Source: Squalus acanthias (lineage: Eukaryota). Taken from it: a stretch of 64,000 nt of DNA. Below are positions 49,445-63,034 of this stretch, piece after piece. The number at the start of each line of letters is the position of its first letter. The first letter of the stretch is position 1. The translations under genes were made by a program, and so were the position numbers. The DNA lies in assembly GCA_030390025.1 (NCBI GenBank), contig CM059432.1, positions 108,440,001-108,504,000 on the forward strand, written 5' to 3'. The notes below the pieces were generated by a model. The model was not told the DNA's origin, searched no databases, and was given only the letters and a program-made list of their open reading frames with translations.

Positions 49445-50755
49445 ATAAACTTGAGCTCATCGAAATCTCTGCTGCCCGTGTCCTAACTCTGACCAAGTCC
49501 TGTTCACCCATCACCCCTGTGCGCGCTGACCTACATTGGCTCCCAGTCCTTGATTTTTAAAATTCTCATCCTCATGTTCAAATCCTTCCATAGCCTTGCC
49601 CCTCCCTATCTCTGTAACCTCATCCAGCCCTACAACCCTTCAAGAACTCTGTGTTCGTCCAAGTCTAGCTGCTTGTGCATCCCCACTTTCTTGACCCGGC
49701 CTTTGGCAGCTGTGCCTTCTGCTGTCCAGGCCCTAAGCGCTGAAATTCCTTCCATAAAAATTTCCATCTCTCCACCTCTCTCTCCTTTAAGTTGCTCCTT
49801 AAAACCTACCTTTGAACAAGCTTTTAGTCACCTGCCCTAATATCTCCTCCTTTGGCTTGGTGTCAATTTTTCTCTGATTGCACGCCTGTGGATCACCTGG
49901 GGACATTTTACTATGTTAAAGGTGCTATATAAATGCAAGTACTGGATGAGCAGAAATGTCCTCCAACTAAATATTGGGGAGATCAAAGCCATTGTCTTCA
50001 GTCCCCGCCACAAACTCCGTTCCCTAGCCACCAACTCCATCCCTCTCCCTGGCAACTGTCTGAGGCTGAACCAGTCTGTTCGCAACCTTCGTGTCATATT
50101 TGATCCCAAGATGAGCTTCCAACCACATATACATGCCATCACTAAGAATGCCTATTTCCACCTCTGTAACATCGCCCGACTCCACCCTTGCCTCAGCTCA
50201 TCTGTTGCTGAAACCCTCATCCATGGCTTTGTTACCTCTAGACTTGACTATTCCAATGCACTCCTGGCCGGCCTCCCACATTCTACCCTCCGTAAACTTG
50301 AGGTCATCCAAAACTCGGCAGCCTGTGTCCTAACTTGCACAGTCCCATTCACCCATCACCCCTGTGCTCGCTGACCTACATTGGCTCCCGGTTGGGCAAT
50401 GCCTCGATTTTTTAATTCTTATCCTTGTTTTCAAATCCCTCCATGGCCTCACCCCTTCCTATCTCTGTAATCTCCTCCAGCCCCACAGCCCTCTGAGATA
50501 TCTGCGCTCTTCCAATTCTGACCTCCATTGCTCCTCCATTGGTGGCCGTGCCTTCAGCTGCCAAGGCCCTAAGCTCTGGAATTCCCTCCCTAAACCTCTC
50601 TGCATTTCTTCCTCGATTTCCTCCTTTAAGACGCTCCTTAAAAACCTACCTTTGATCAAATTTTTTTTATTACTCTCCTGTGAAGTGCCTTGGGACCTTT
50701 TACTATGTTAAAGGCACTATATAAATACAAGTTGTTGCTGTTGTTGTTGATGTTG
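49445..50755 (+). mobile_element. Two tandem L2 3' fragments (about 49445-49940 and 49941-50755)
   Basis: Each ends in aaagg..ctatataaat.caagt. The second encodes WMSRNVLQLN...FVTSRLDYSNALLAGL. Confidence 0.9.
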
Positions 50756-50769
50756 TTAATGCACCATAT

Positions 50770-51060
50770 AGTATGGTACTGAGCAGCACAGGTCAGGAAG
50801 GTCCAAGGTTCAGTTTCTGGTTTGTGCTGAGTTACTGAATCACAAACAGTATTGGAGGAACTGCATTTACCCTCTGCATCACTGAGGAAGGAAGCGGGGT
50901 GGGGGGAATCCAGCCAGGTTTGTGCAGCTCCTGGTCATTATCCAGAGATCCCTTCTGGAAGATAGTGGGTGAGGACAAAGCTGTGCTCACCTATTGTGGT
51001 CCCTTTGGTTTAATCACACTCGCATGAAGAATGGCCACCCAATGAGATACCATGGAGCCA
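50770..51060 (+). mobile_element. SINE-like family X copy
   Basis: caggaaggtccaaggttc...tgtgctgagtta...cagccagg...ctcctg.tc..tatccag...ggtgaggaca. Confidence 0.55.
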
Positions 51061-54000
51061 TTGGAGCTTATTCATTGGCTCTGTGCTTCCAGCGGGAAGG
51101 CCACGCTTGAAGGGATGTGGATCGAAGACAGGGCCACAAAGTTATAGTTCAGATTTTCTTACCCATGCTCCCTATGAGCACGACTCCCCACAGGAAGTGT
51201 GAGATTGTGGAATTAGCCTGTGTATTCCAACAGTAGGCGCCACCCTCAAGAAAAGAGCAGTAATGGCATAAAAGCAGAAAGGGTGGAGAGGGAATTTACT
51301 GCAGAGAACAAGTAGAAAAATGTAGAATGTTTCTTTCCTTTTTTAATTATTCCTCTAATACTAGCTGTCTGTTCCTCTCTGTTTCTATCCTGCAGAAATC
51401 AGTGCACATTGAGTGCCACAGTGAAGATCACCATTTGCTGATTGTAGGAAACCAAACTTGTTTCTAGCAGTTAAAATTTAGTAACTTTAGTAATATCTTT
51501 TACAGCTTAGGGCTAGTGTACTCTTGTGACTTCCCATCTGTATCTACCAGAGTCTGGAATGTGAGAAGCTTGATATCCTAACCAGAAATGAAACTGGGCT
51601 GTGCTTGTGCAGTTTCCTTACTGGTCCTGTTATCCGTTAATTTTTCTGTGTTTTGTTTTATTTCCCCTTTTGTTATTGACAATACTTGTATAGGAACCGG
51701 GAGAACAGGTGAAAACGAGCTGTTGGTCTCTTTGTATGAATACATGGCGTAAGACAGAAGTATTTGCACTTTATTCCTTTTGCGGAATGGAATCACAGCT
51801 TGAAACACTTGTGAATCGATTCTGTGCGCAAGTCTTTCTGCTGGTGCCTCTTTGTTTGGTTGCAGAAAGAAGCAGCGGAACTTTGCGTGCTGATTTGGAA
51901 CATGATATCAACATTTTCTTTGCTTAAATTTCCTCCTAGCTTCTTGCAACTGTTAAAATAACCTTTGCTTATTTTTGAATTTTGAGAGTATATAAATACT
52001 GTGTTAAAAAAGGTCCCAATTACAGGTTTTTGTTCAAGGAAGTTCTTTTTGTCCTGGAATGGGAGAGTGCTTTTAGTATTTGTTTGGTCAAAATATTCAA
52101 TCACAGCCTGCTGTTTTCATTTTTGTTTTCTGTTGGATTTTATCCTTGTCAGAAGTGGAAAAGATTGAAGGTGATACAAAGAACAAATCCAGCGAGATAA
52201 TTCTGTCACCTTCCTCATCAGCATAATCTCTCTTTAGCTTCCTCTGCCTCATAACCTGGCTATTGATTGTGTCACGAGCTACAGTGGGCCAAGGCAGGGA
52301 ACTAAGACAGCCACCATGGCAGTAGCTTGCCGTTGTGACTCTCTGCAGCTCAAAGCGGTGAAAAAATCATACTGAGAAAACAATCAGTGCATTTACTTTC
52401 GATCTAAGTAATTCCAGCCAGGTCGATGCCTCATGCTGATGCGTTGAAAAACATTAAAAAATTTGGAGAGCATGACTTTCAGCTGGAAGAGTACAGCATA
52501 TTGTCCTTAGTGTTTTGAAATTGTTATTTAATTGCTGCAGCAAACAATTCTCTCTTGTCACAACAAAAGCCAGTAGAAAAAATAGGTCATTAATCCATGT
52601 ACTTTTATTAATGTTGCACTGTGAAGTATTTGAGGTGATTTTTTTTTTGAAAACCAACATGTCTGCATTGTAAACCAGATGAACACAAAATACACACCAT
52701 GATCACCCAGAACTTCCTCATTGTAACTCTAATCGTGTGGCTCGTTCCATCTTCTGAATCTAAACTTAATTATCTGCACTATATTGTTTCAGACAGATTT
52801 ACAGATTGCACACCATGTATCTCATTAGTGTAGTAAAGCACTCCAATTAGATGTCTTACGACTGTGTAAGTATCTAAAACTCTTGGTATGGAGGTGATGT
52901 GCTGGCACGGTGCTTAGATTGTTTTAGACTTCCTAATGCGCTGTCAATGGAAGAATAATTTTTCCTTTGCAATCTACTTAGCAAAGATTTATCGATTCAG
53001 TTTTTTTCCTTCATAGAGAATTACTGATCCATTTTGGAAAATCAGATTTTCACACCTTCCATAAGAATGTGCACAGCGCAGTTCCCATGAGGCTGCCTTG
53101 GAAGTTGACTTTGACAAGAAATCCCTTGGTAGTAGCATACAACGGAATATGGTCTCATTGCTGTTATACATTTTGCAAGGTGGTAAAAATAAATTTGTTT
53201 TTGTACTTTATTTGAGAAGTGGTTTGCTTCGAAGTCTTTATTTGAAGAGTGTCCATCAAGTTTAAATTTATTTGCTTGCAATCATTATCTTAAGTTCATG
53301 TTTTTAAAACTTTATTGAGGCGATACGTGTAACTTGTAACTAAAGTTCTGAAATTTACATCGTAGAACAGTTCGGTAAAGGTTGCATTCAAAAAAAAAAT
53401 CAGGAGAAAACTATATATAAATTCTGTCTTCGTCAAAGCAAGGGTAGATAGAGGAACTGCAGTGAGAGGACAGTGTAAGGATATTACAGCTTCAAAATGG
53501 CGTACTATATAGGTAGTGAAGTGATTCAGCTGTCTTGGGCCGAGGATTGCCATTTGAACTATGCTGTGCTACTGAAAGACAGACAAATAGCTCAGCTGAA
53601 AGAATATTGAGCTCAGTGGCACTGGGTGCAGAAGGAAATGCCGACTGTGTGAAGTGTTCTCTGCAGGAGCAGTTCTTGAATACTTTATTACATATTTGAA
53701 GAGAGTATGGCGTGGACTGTGAGTATCCCGTGTGTACCACTAGCACACCTAAAGCTAAGGTCATATTAGGTCCGTTTTGAATCTTTCTTACACCATAAGG
53801 TCACTGGCAGATCAGTGGCCACAGGTGAACCCTGAGGTATTTTTTGACTTGCTTGATTTTTGTTTTGTACATTTTTCATCGGTGTGTATTTAGCTAAGTT
53901 TGAACCTGCTAGCTTCCTTCAATCTGTTGGAATTTGTGGACGGATTTGAAACTTGCTTCTTCCGCTATCTGTAGGGCATTTGAGTTTAGTACACTCGTAC

Positions 54001-56111
54001 GCTACTTTGAATAATAATTAATATTCTGCTGAAAAAGTTTTCAATGGTCAAATAAAAAGAAAAATATACTCTGCAAACAAGTATTTTTGTGAGAGAGAGA
54101 GAGAGATTGTGCTGGTTGCGTAGAGCTCGCTTGTAAAGCTTGCTGAAGATCATTAACGATTCTATGGTAAAAGTAAACAAGACTGGACAGTAAGAAAGCA
54201 AATGTGAGCGTCCAACAAAAGGCATATGGAGCACTAAAGGTTAATTTAATGATCTTCGATTTTAGAAAATGCCACTGTTCGGGCTCCAGCATTTCATCCA
54301 GCCTCTCTGTGGTGAAAGGTTCACATGTACACAAAGCAGCTGAAATGTTTTTTTTATTATCATTATTATTATTTCCAGACTGTAATGTTGGATTAAACAT
54401 TGCAGTCTAATTATATCTGGAAATACGTTACTTTGGGAGTAATTTTTATTTAGTAATTAATAGTGCAAAAAGAAAAAAGCTGTCATGTTGGTTGTGGAGC
54501 CAGAGATTGTGATGAAAGATGATATCTACGGTCTCATCCTTTCCACTTGTTTAGGATTGTCAGGATGAGGAATGTCAGCATTATGAAAGCTCAGCTCTGC
54601 TCTTGATATGATAAAACGCTTCAGAAGCAGCCTTCTTCCATGTGTGCAGCTGTGTTTTATTTCCCCTTTTTTTGTGCTTGAATGTCAGAAATTAATTTCT
54701 TTTCAGTGTGTGCCCTTAACCCAGTCACTTTTTTTTCCCCACAAGCCCAAACCTAATGCGTGCTGAAAATTGCATTGTTTAACGACAGCATGTTAAAATC
54801 ATGAATCCTTTCCAGCCTCTCCCGTGAGGTTTCAAACAGTCAACAGACTGTAAAGAATAAATAATAAAAAAGTATTGATTATTTTGATGACTGTGAGATT
54901 CAATTAAGTATTAATTTTGCCCTCCAGTGGACCTATCAAGGTATTCAAAGGGGAGGATTTGCTGCAGCTAAATGCATGTGGAGTGCATCAGTCTTAAAAA
55001 GAGGAAAATGTGTTTACCTCTTTGAAGACCAGCACATTGATGCGCCGATTCCAATATTTAAGTGCTGTGCAAATTAAGCCCTGATGACAGTGACATTGTT
55101 TGCAGCGATATTAGTATTGACTAAAGGAGTGCATTTGATGACAGCTTAAACTATTTTTATTGATTAACATTTTCATAGATTATCATGTGTCATATCAAAT
55201 ACCATTTTCAAAAATGAATACATTAAAAACCCGCAGGCATTCATCGACCAATGTGGTGAGTGGACACAGAGAGCAGACTATCCAGCCTACAATGAATGCC
55301 AGTCACCTGTTCTCCACATAGACCCATTTAGGCATAAACTTTGCAATAAATAGCAGAGAGGTAGCTCAGGGAGTTTAGTTCTTCCCAATTTTCATCAGTG
55401 AAGGTTTACAAGAGCAACAGTAACCATCAAAGGTAAATGTCAGACAGTTTAATAATAGGAAGTTTACTCATTCCTTGCCTGCTGTTTCTGACACAGGTCA
55501 AACTATAATCTAGGAAAGAGAACCCTAAAAGTTATTACTTTAGCTGGATCTTCTCTGAAGTGACCAGAAATCAATAGCTTCCCATTGAGCTAAGTTCTGG
55601 AATTAAGTAATTCCTGTTCATAAATATGAAATGCAAAATATGTTCCATCTGTTGAGTTTTTATTATAAATGATAGATTTTATTTTACTTACAGTACACAG
55701 AATTCCTTAGAGTCAATGCTGCAGAACACTCACTGTGAACTTATTGTCTTTTTCTTGAGAAAGTTTATGACTGGTTATGTTAGCACCAGTTAGTGAACCT
55801 GATGACGACAATAACTGCACATTTTTTTGAAAGCGTACATGGACTTTAAACAATATTGGGCTGCAAGTCTTACGCTGCAGTGTTTCTTCAATCAGCCTTT
55901 CTTGAAAAGAATACTTTGACAAAGCATAGCAAAATCCTCGCATGCTATTAGATCTTTAATAGGGTGGAGAGTAATGGAAAACTCATTGAATCTGTAATAG
56001 CTCTTCACTTGACTGCAGCTAGCAATAGCAGCTGGAGCTGCCTGGGACTTAGATAAGGGAGAGAGTGTGCACCAAAGCTAACCTTGTTTCACTCATCGTT
56101 TTCTTTCCCAG

Positions 56112-56286
56112 GATCCCATGATTTCTGGACAACAACTCAGCAAACCCTTGCTGTCCCTCCGAGCTGAAATGAATGCAGAATCGCGAGGTGAGGATAAGGC
56201 GGCCACTTCAGACAATGAGCTAAGTGAGTCTCTGCTTGTGCCTGTGGAATCAAATGACAACGAGGACACTCCCAGCAAGCTCTTCG
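56112..56286 (+). CDS. POU6F2: POU6F2 coding exon 2 (175 nt), DPMISGQQLSKPLLSLRAEMNAESRGEDKAATSDNELSESLLVPVESNDNEDTPSKLF(G)
   Basis: ttttctttcccag|GATCCC...CTCTTCG|gtaagt. Closely matches human POU6F2 DPMIAGQVSKPLLSVRSEMNAELRGEDKAATSDSELNEPLLAPVESNDSEDTPSKLFG. Confidence 0.96.
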
Positions 56287-58021
56287 GTAAGTCTGTTTAG
56301 GTATTTGTTTTGAATACTCCGATTCTGTGACAAGGATCTGCTCCTCTTTCTCTTTTACAGTCGCCTATGGTGCTGAAAGGAAGTGGACCAAATCCCTCTC
56401 TGTGTTCTGGTATTATATTTTCATTCTAGTGCCAACCAAATGTGTTTTTTCCCCTCAAAATTTAGTTCCTCTGCCCCCCCCCCCCCAAAAAAAAATCAAA
56501 ACCATCTGAAAATTAATTGTTAACTTTTTCACTAGGGGTTTACAAATAAGACAGACATTGCTTACGTGGGCTTGAGATCTGATCTCGTAATCCTTAAAGG
56601 GGAACTGTCTGAGATTAAAAAGTAAGAAGTCCCAGCGCATCAATTTTAGCCCAGTGACGATTTGATGCTACGTTTTAACACTGCCTGCATCATCATTTGT
56701 GTTTGACAAACAATGAGAAAAGGTTTGTCAAACACTTTGAAGGTTGTGCCTCTTTTCATATCATTTCTGAATGTTTGTTGCTGTTTTCAGTGTGTTTTTA
56801 AAATGTGAATGTAGGTTCGGGTCACTCTGTTCAGGCCATGAAGGAGTTGTGCTGCTGCGTGCCTATTGACAGAAGGTTTTCAAATTAATTGATTAAATGT
56901 CTGTTTAAAACGGCAGCAGAAGGGTGTCAGCGCTGATGCCACCTTGCCCTGTTTCAGCAAGTCAGTTGTGTGATTGACTGAGCTCACTTGATTTTTATGT
57001 GAAGACAAGGAACAAATGCTGTATACGACATTACTGTTACGTTGAACTTGCATATTATGTTGTTGAAGATTGCTGGATGTGTATTTTCTATACAATACAA
57101 GCAGAAAGAATTGGAAAAAATAATTTGTACTTCTGAAATTTTTTTTGTATGGTCAGAACTGTTGAATTTCCATTGATGTAGTCTTGTCAGCAGTGAGTAA
57201 ACCTGGATTATTTAACACTGTCAGAAACTGGAGTTTTCTTTGATTATAAACCCTGCTGTTGTATGATTTGAGATTAATAATACATCACACAGCCATACAT
57301 CAAGAGAAGTAGGTGAAAATTTTCGAATCACCAGTTAAATCTGTCTTCTCTTCCCCCCACCCCCCGTCCCTCTCTGGTGGACATGCTTTCTTTCCACGCT
57401 TTGGACATGTGATTCAGAGTTACATTTGTAGGTGTCTTTGCAAAGTTTAACAACATCCATTTGGATTTTTCTAGTGCTAAAGTGTGAGGGCTGTTGAAAA
57501 ACTTCAGGATGGCAAAGTGGCAAGAGAGCGCTTTGTGTAAAGTGTCAGGCTGTGAGGTTAATAAATTTTTCAGCATATCCAAAGGCATGAATATCGTAAG
57601 AATACTTATGGTAACAAATGCAATTCAGCCCATCTGATCCTCCTTAATATCCAGGATAGTTTCTATTTCAATGAACGGTTCAGTTATATAACTCCTACTT
57701 TCACCGGTGAACTACTGAGCCAAGTGTTAGCAAAATTGACTCTTATCTCATGTACTGTCTTTCATTCCGTTACTTTTCGTGCATCTAAGCTTTTACTCTC
57801 TTCTCTTCCATGCCCTGCATTTGTCTGGTATTGTCTCAAACCATAAGCTCTCTGTCACTGAGCCTGCTTTTGTATTGCTGCAAATTCCCATTTGTTGGAA
57901 AGTTACAATAGTTTTGCTGCAAGTGGCCAAGTCTAAATGGTAGGTGGGTAATTTACTGTGATCCTGGTTTGGAGCAATTATCGTTGGAGTTGCAGTTCAA
58001 GCAGCAGATACATATTAAGCT

Positions 58022-58417
58022 GGTACAAATACCTAATGTAACATAGAAACATAGAAAAATAGGAGCAGGAGTAGGCCATTCGGCCCTTCGAGCATGCTCC
58101 GCCATTCAATATGATCATGACTGATCCTCTATCTCAATACCATATTCCCGCTCTCTCCCCATACCCCTTGATGTCTTTTGTGTCTAGAAATCTATCTATC
58201 TCCTTCTTAAATATAATCAGTGACTTGGCCTCCACAGCCTTCTGTGGTAGAGAATTCCACAGGTTCACCACTCTCTGAGTGAAGAAATTTCTCCTCATCT
58301 TAGTCCTAAATGTCCTCCCCGTATCCTGAGACTGTGACCCCTCGTTCTAGACACCCCCAGCCAGGGGAAACATCCTCCCTGCATCCAGTCTGTCTAGCCC
58401 TGTCAGAATTTTATACG
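58022..58417 (-). mobile_element. CR1 3' fragment
   Basis: (catagaaa)n tail plus reverse 3' UTR and ORF2 end. Confidence 0.92.
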
Positions 58418-59398
58418 TGAAACTCTTGCTGTGTGGTTGGTGGCCACATGAATCCGGTGACTATATTCTGTTCATAGCTTCTTGATCCAAAACTGTATGT
58501 GATTTGTAACTATAGCTTAGATCTGTGATGAGCTGTTGCCTTATTCACAGAGTTATACAAAGCTGATCTCAGGTTTTGGGATTATAGCCTAAAAAGGTCT
58601 TTGAATAGAGAGACATTGGCAAGAGTCTGTTATCATAATCAGTATTGCTGTTAATAATGTGCTAGGCAAGGGGATGAAGTAGGGGATTTCTGCTGCTTCA
58701 AAATTGCCTTAACATCAAGTATTGATATGCTAAGAATTTGTGACATCACCAGAAGAATAGACTATTGTGCATTTTTGCTTTGTTTTGCCTTTGTACGGAC
58801 TGCTTTGAGGACTTCAACAGGAAGATCCAATAGGCCCAAAACCCCCACCTTGGCACCCTATACCTCTATAACATCTCTCTCCAGCAATGTATCTACCCCA
58901 CTCAAACTGTCCACTTCAAGCGTCTTCCATTGGTAATTTATTCCTCATTGGTGGAAAAATTATGCTCACCAACAGCTGAATATCTCAGTTTACGTACACA
59001 TCTGACAGAACCTACACTCTGTCATTTGCATAGCTAGGGGCTGGGGAAGAATGGCTGCATATCTCACAGAAGTTGGAATCATATCATTTTACAGCACAGA
59101 AGGATACTATTCAACCCACTGCCTGTGCCAGCTCTTCGAAAGAGCTAGCCACTTAGTCCCATTCCCCGCCCTTTCCCTATACACATTTAAATGTTATCTT
59201 TTTCAACTATTTATCCAGTTCCCTTTCAAAAGCTATTATCGATTTTGCTTTTGATAGGGCATGACCTAACAACCCCTTGTGCAAAAAAAATCTTATCCAT
59301 TGATCTTTTTAACAATGATCTTAAATTTATGCCCTCTAGTTACCGACACATTGACCAGAGCAAATTGCTTTTCCCCATTTATCTTATCAAAACCCATC

Positions 59399-59585
59399 GG
59401 GGAGTGAAATTGGTCTTTGGCAGTAGCGCAGAACGGGCGATAGCGGATCACCAGCCCAGTTTACACCCTGCCCGATTCTCTTTTCCATTGAAATCAGCAG
59501 AAAAGAAAATTGAACGCAGTGAAAAATGGGCTACCGATTCGCTATCGCCCGTTCTGCACTACTGCCAAAGACCAATTTTACCCCC
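59399..59585. mobile_element. Palindromic MITE inserted in a CR1 tail (about 59077-59398, minus)
   Basis: About 47-bp near-perfect TIRs (GAAATTGGTCTTTGGCAGTAG.GCAGAACGGGCGATAGCG and its reverse complement), flanked by ATC/ATT. Confidence 0.88.
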
Positions 59586-59974
59586 ATTCTATCTCTTCCC
59601 TTTCCTGGTAGCAAACAGTTTATCAAAAGTGGATTATGCTGATGCCTTGTAGGGACTGGGATCGATACATTTTCATTTTTAACCAGTAGAGGAAAGGAAA
59701 TGTTATTCTCATGTAGTTGCTGTGCCATTACTGAGTAGGTTTAACAAGTGCCATTGACATAGGGGCCTTTACAATGTGAAAGCTGAATGGAATACTGTGC
59801 TGAATGTTTTCCCGTGTTTCTTTAGCACCAACATTGTAAAATCTGTCACTGGAGATGGGTGGGGGGACAAAATGGGGGTTTTTCTGCTGCTGCAAATTGC
59901 TTTAACGTCAAATATTGAGATGGTAACTAGAGGTTTTTGTACATTTTTGACCCAGCATGGAAGGAATTGAATCC

Positions 59975-61040
59975 TCAGGTATAGATGGAGTTTATGCTGA
60001 GAGATACAAGGGAGGAGATTTGTGAGGCACTAACAATAATTAGGAGGGGTTCACTGGATACTGGGAAGGTACCAATAGATTAGAAATAGGCTAATATGGT
60101 GCCCGTATTCAAAAACAGTGATAAAATACAAACCCATTAGTCTTGCTTTAATCTTGTATAAAATGTTTCAATTCAGGATTATTTATACAGTAATAAACTA
60201 GCTAACAGTAGTTGGCATGGATTCAAAAGGGAAAGATCCTGCCTGAATAACCTTCTGGGCTCCTTTTGAGGAAGTGACAACCCAAGTACATTGTGGAAAA
60301 CCCTATGATGTGGTGTCAAAAACATTTTGGAAGTCTAGGTACAAGGATAGACTTGAAATGGTACTAGTTAGACTCCACGCTGAATTTTTATAAGGATATT
60401 TAAATTTAACACCCAATTTATGCAAAACATTAGATTATTAAAAGGTAGACTAGATTAATGAGAGGTTTCAAAAGGTATCAGGGTAATTCTTGGGAATTGA
60501 TAAGAAATTGATTAGAGAAAGAAAGACTTGTATTTATATAGTACCTTTCACAACCTCAGGATGTCGCAAAGTGCTTTACAACCAATTAAGTACTTTTGAA
60601 GTGTAGTCACTGTGGTGATGTTGGGAAACGTGGCAGCCAAATTGCACACAGGAAGGTTGCAAACAGCAATAAGATAATGACCAGATAATCTGTTAATTAG
60701 GTGATGTTGATTGGGTAGAGAACAGGGTACACAACAATGAGTATTTCTTAGAGAGGTTATGTCAGGATTGGGGCGAAGAGAACTGATTGAGGCTCACTGT
60801 TGGGACCACCACTGTTTCTAATTTATATCAAAGACTTGGATTCAGAAACTCAATGCAAATTGGCTAAATTTGTAGATGATGCCAAACTAGGAGGGGCAAT
60901 GGAATTGGCGAATGCAGCTCAGAAGTTATAAAATAAGTGGGACGAAATATGTAAATTCCTGCACAAAAGGAAGGAAAAAATAGGATGTGTCCCATGAATG
61001 GTGTTGAACTGGATAAAAATGAAGTTGAAAGAGACCTACC
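59975..61040 (+). mobile_element. Degraded CR1 ORF2 with a Deu-SINE 3' half inserted (about 60515-60715, minus)
   Basis: Remnants of ANMVPVFK, HGFKRERSCLNNL and KFVDDAKLGG; SINE tail reversed at 60516. Confidence 0.75.
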
Positions 61041-62154
61041 TAATCTTGAAAACCTTAGTTAAGTCACCAAAGACAGGTCAGGTTGTGGCAAAGTTCAAAC
61101 CAATGTTAATCTGTTGCTGTTTGCTGATATGGAGCTAGTTGTCCAGGGGTAGACATCATTCAGTACAAGTGACCATATCTGGGCCTGCTGACTGACATGT
61201 CCGGTGAACCAAGCTAAGAAAGATTCTTACGAACACAAGTCCTGTTCTGTTCAGAAGTAGTGCTTTACATTGTAAGAACGGGGAATAGCAAAAGTCTGCA
61301 GTTGTGCTTTGATCTCCAGGCAAGTGATGTAGTTAATGCAGGATTTGAATTAATTTAAAAGAAAATCAAAACAGCTTCTAAAATAACCAGTATGGCTTTT
61401 TGATACCTCTCATGAAGACCTTTTAATAATCTAATGCTTTGCATAAATTGTGTGTTAAATTGAAATGTACTTATAAACATTCATCATGTTTATATGTATA
61501 AATGAGCAAACTTGGAGACCAGTAAATGAATAAATAACACTTGCAGAGAAAGTAACCTCCTATTGAATTTTCAAATATTTCCAACCATTTAAACTGACTC
61601 AAATCTTACATTCTCTCTAAACCTAACCCAGTTCATGTTGTGATCTGTTCCTGTAATTCATTTTGTCGTCTGTAAAATGCATGGATTTTTAATATTTTTA
61701 TTATAAAATGACTTTGCTTACTCTTTAAATCAATCCAATGTGTTTTATCAAGAAATTATTAGAATGTTATTGCACAGCTTCTTCAAATCTCTTGATACTG
61801 CGGCCAGCATTTAACATTTCAATTTGATGAACATTATTTGCGTTGTGAAATGTGTGGCACTATATTTAGCATAGATGGAAACCGACAAGCTGATGTGTGA
61901 AGCAGTGTGAGAGATTATGAAATGGCTGGGTACTGCTGCAACATTCTTAGTGATCCTCTTTTGCCTTGTATTATGCTAGGTTTCAAATTGTGTTTGTAGG
62001 CATTCTTGTCTACGACTTGGCTGTACCAAAATGTTTAGGTTATTAGGCATTTCACAATGGCCTGCCCATTTGTCTAGTGCAGTACATACACCCTATCACT
62101 AGAGGCCTCCAATGAGCTATGTAAACAGTACAGCTCCTGTTGTCCAGACACTTT

Positions 62155-62854
62155 GGCCTAAAAATTCGGTTGCTTTGCGCCTCCCGTTAACGGGGCGCAA
62201 AGCAACTAGCGCCCGGGCATGGCGCCGCCAACGCCTCCTGCGAAATTCAGCGGGAGGTTAGCGGCGGCGGTAACCGTTAACGCTCTGCGGCACTGCGACG
62301 CCGGCGATGATGTCATCGCCGTGCACAGCGCCCCGCTCATACCCCGGCCGGGATCTTTGGTAGCGGCCCCTGACTTACCGCCAGAAGATATGTCCAAAGG
62401 GGTCCAGTGGGCCTACCTGTGGCTGGGGCGGCGCTAATTAAAGGGGAGGTGCCGGGCGGCCATTTTTGTTGCTGGCCGCCTGCCAGCACCTGCCCCCATT
62501 GCCGTCCCCGGCCTCTTGACCAGTCCCCCCGCGGAGTGCCGGCTGCGCTCCGTGAGCCCGGCACTTCTCTTGAGTGCCGGGCTCTTTTGCCAGCACTCTG
62601 ATCCCTGGTGGCCCAGCTGGGCCCTGGGTCGCGCTGCGCAAGGCCCCTCCCCTTTAAGAAGGGGAGGAAGGTCTGCAGTACCACAGCACGTAGTGCTGCG
62701 ATATTCACTCGCTACTAAGAGGGAGGCGGGACGCTTCCAGTAGGGGCGCTACCGATGAAGTTCGGCCGCGGGGGCGCTAATCTTTTCGGGGAGCTAAAAG
62801 TAGCGCCCTGGCGAAGTTGGCGCCCCAAAGGGGGCGCAACTCAATTTTTCCCCC
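62155..62854. mobile_element. GC-rich non-autonomous PIF/Harbinger-like element
   Basis: Ends GGCCTAAAAATTCGGTTGC and GCAACTCAATTTTTCCCCC with TTT on both flanks. The left arm is homologous to 63647 onward. Confidence 0.8.
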
Positions 62855-63034
62855 TTTCAGTAATCATTTCAGTTTACTGCAGAGGTCTTGTGCTTTTAAC
62901 ACTGATATTTTCTGCATGTCCTGACTTCCTAAAACTATGTACCCAAACTTCGCTCTTTGGAAAGTTCCAATTCACTATATCCAGCATGTGTTATCCTCAA
63001 CAAATTAACTAACTCATCATTTAGAATTTTGTTT

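Noticed and set aside
56360..56380. REST/RE1 site (TGGTGCTGAA) downstream of POU6F2 exon 2
   Set aside because: Only one half-site matches; the CTGTCC half is absent.
62206..63012. GC-rich short ORFs and a CpG island as a gene promoter
   Set aside because: Mostly contained in a TIR/TSD-bounded element repeated at 63647; the ORFs resemble no protein I recognise.
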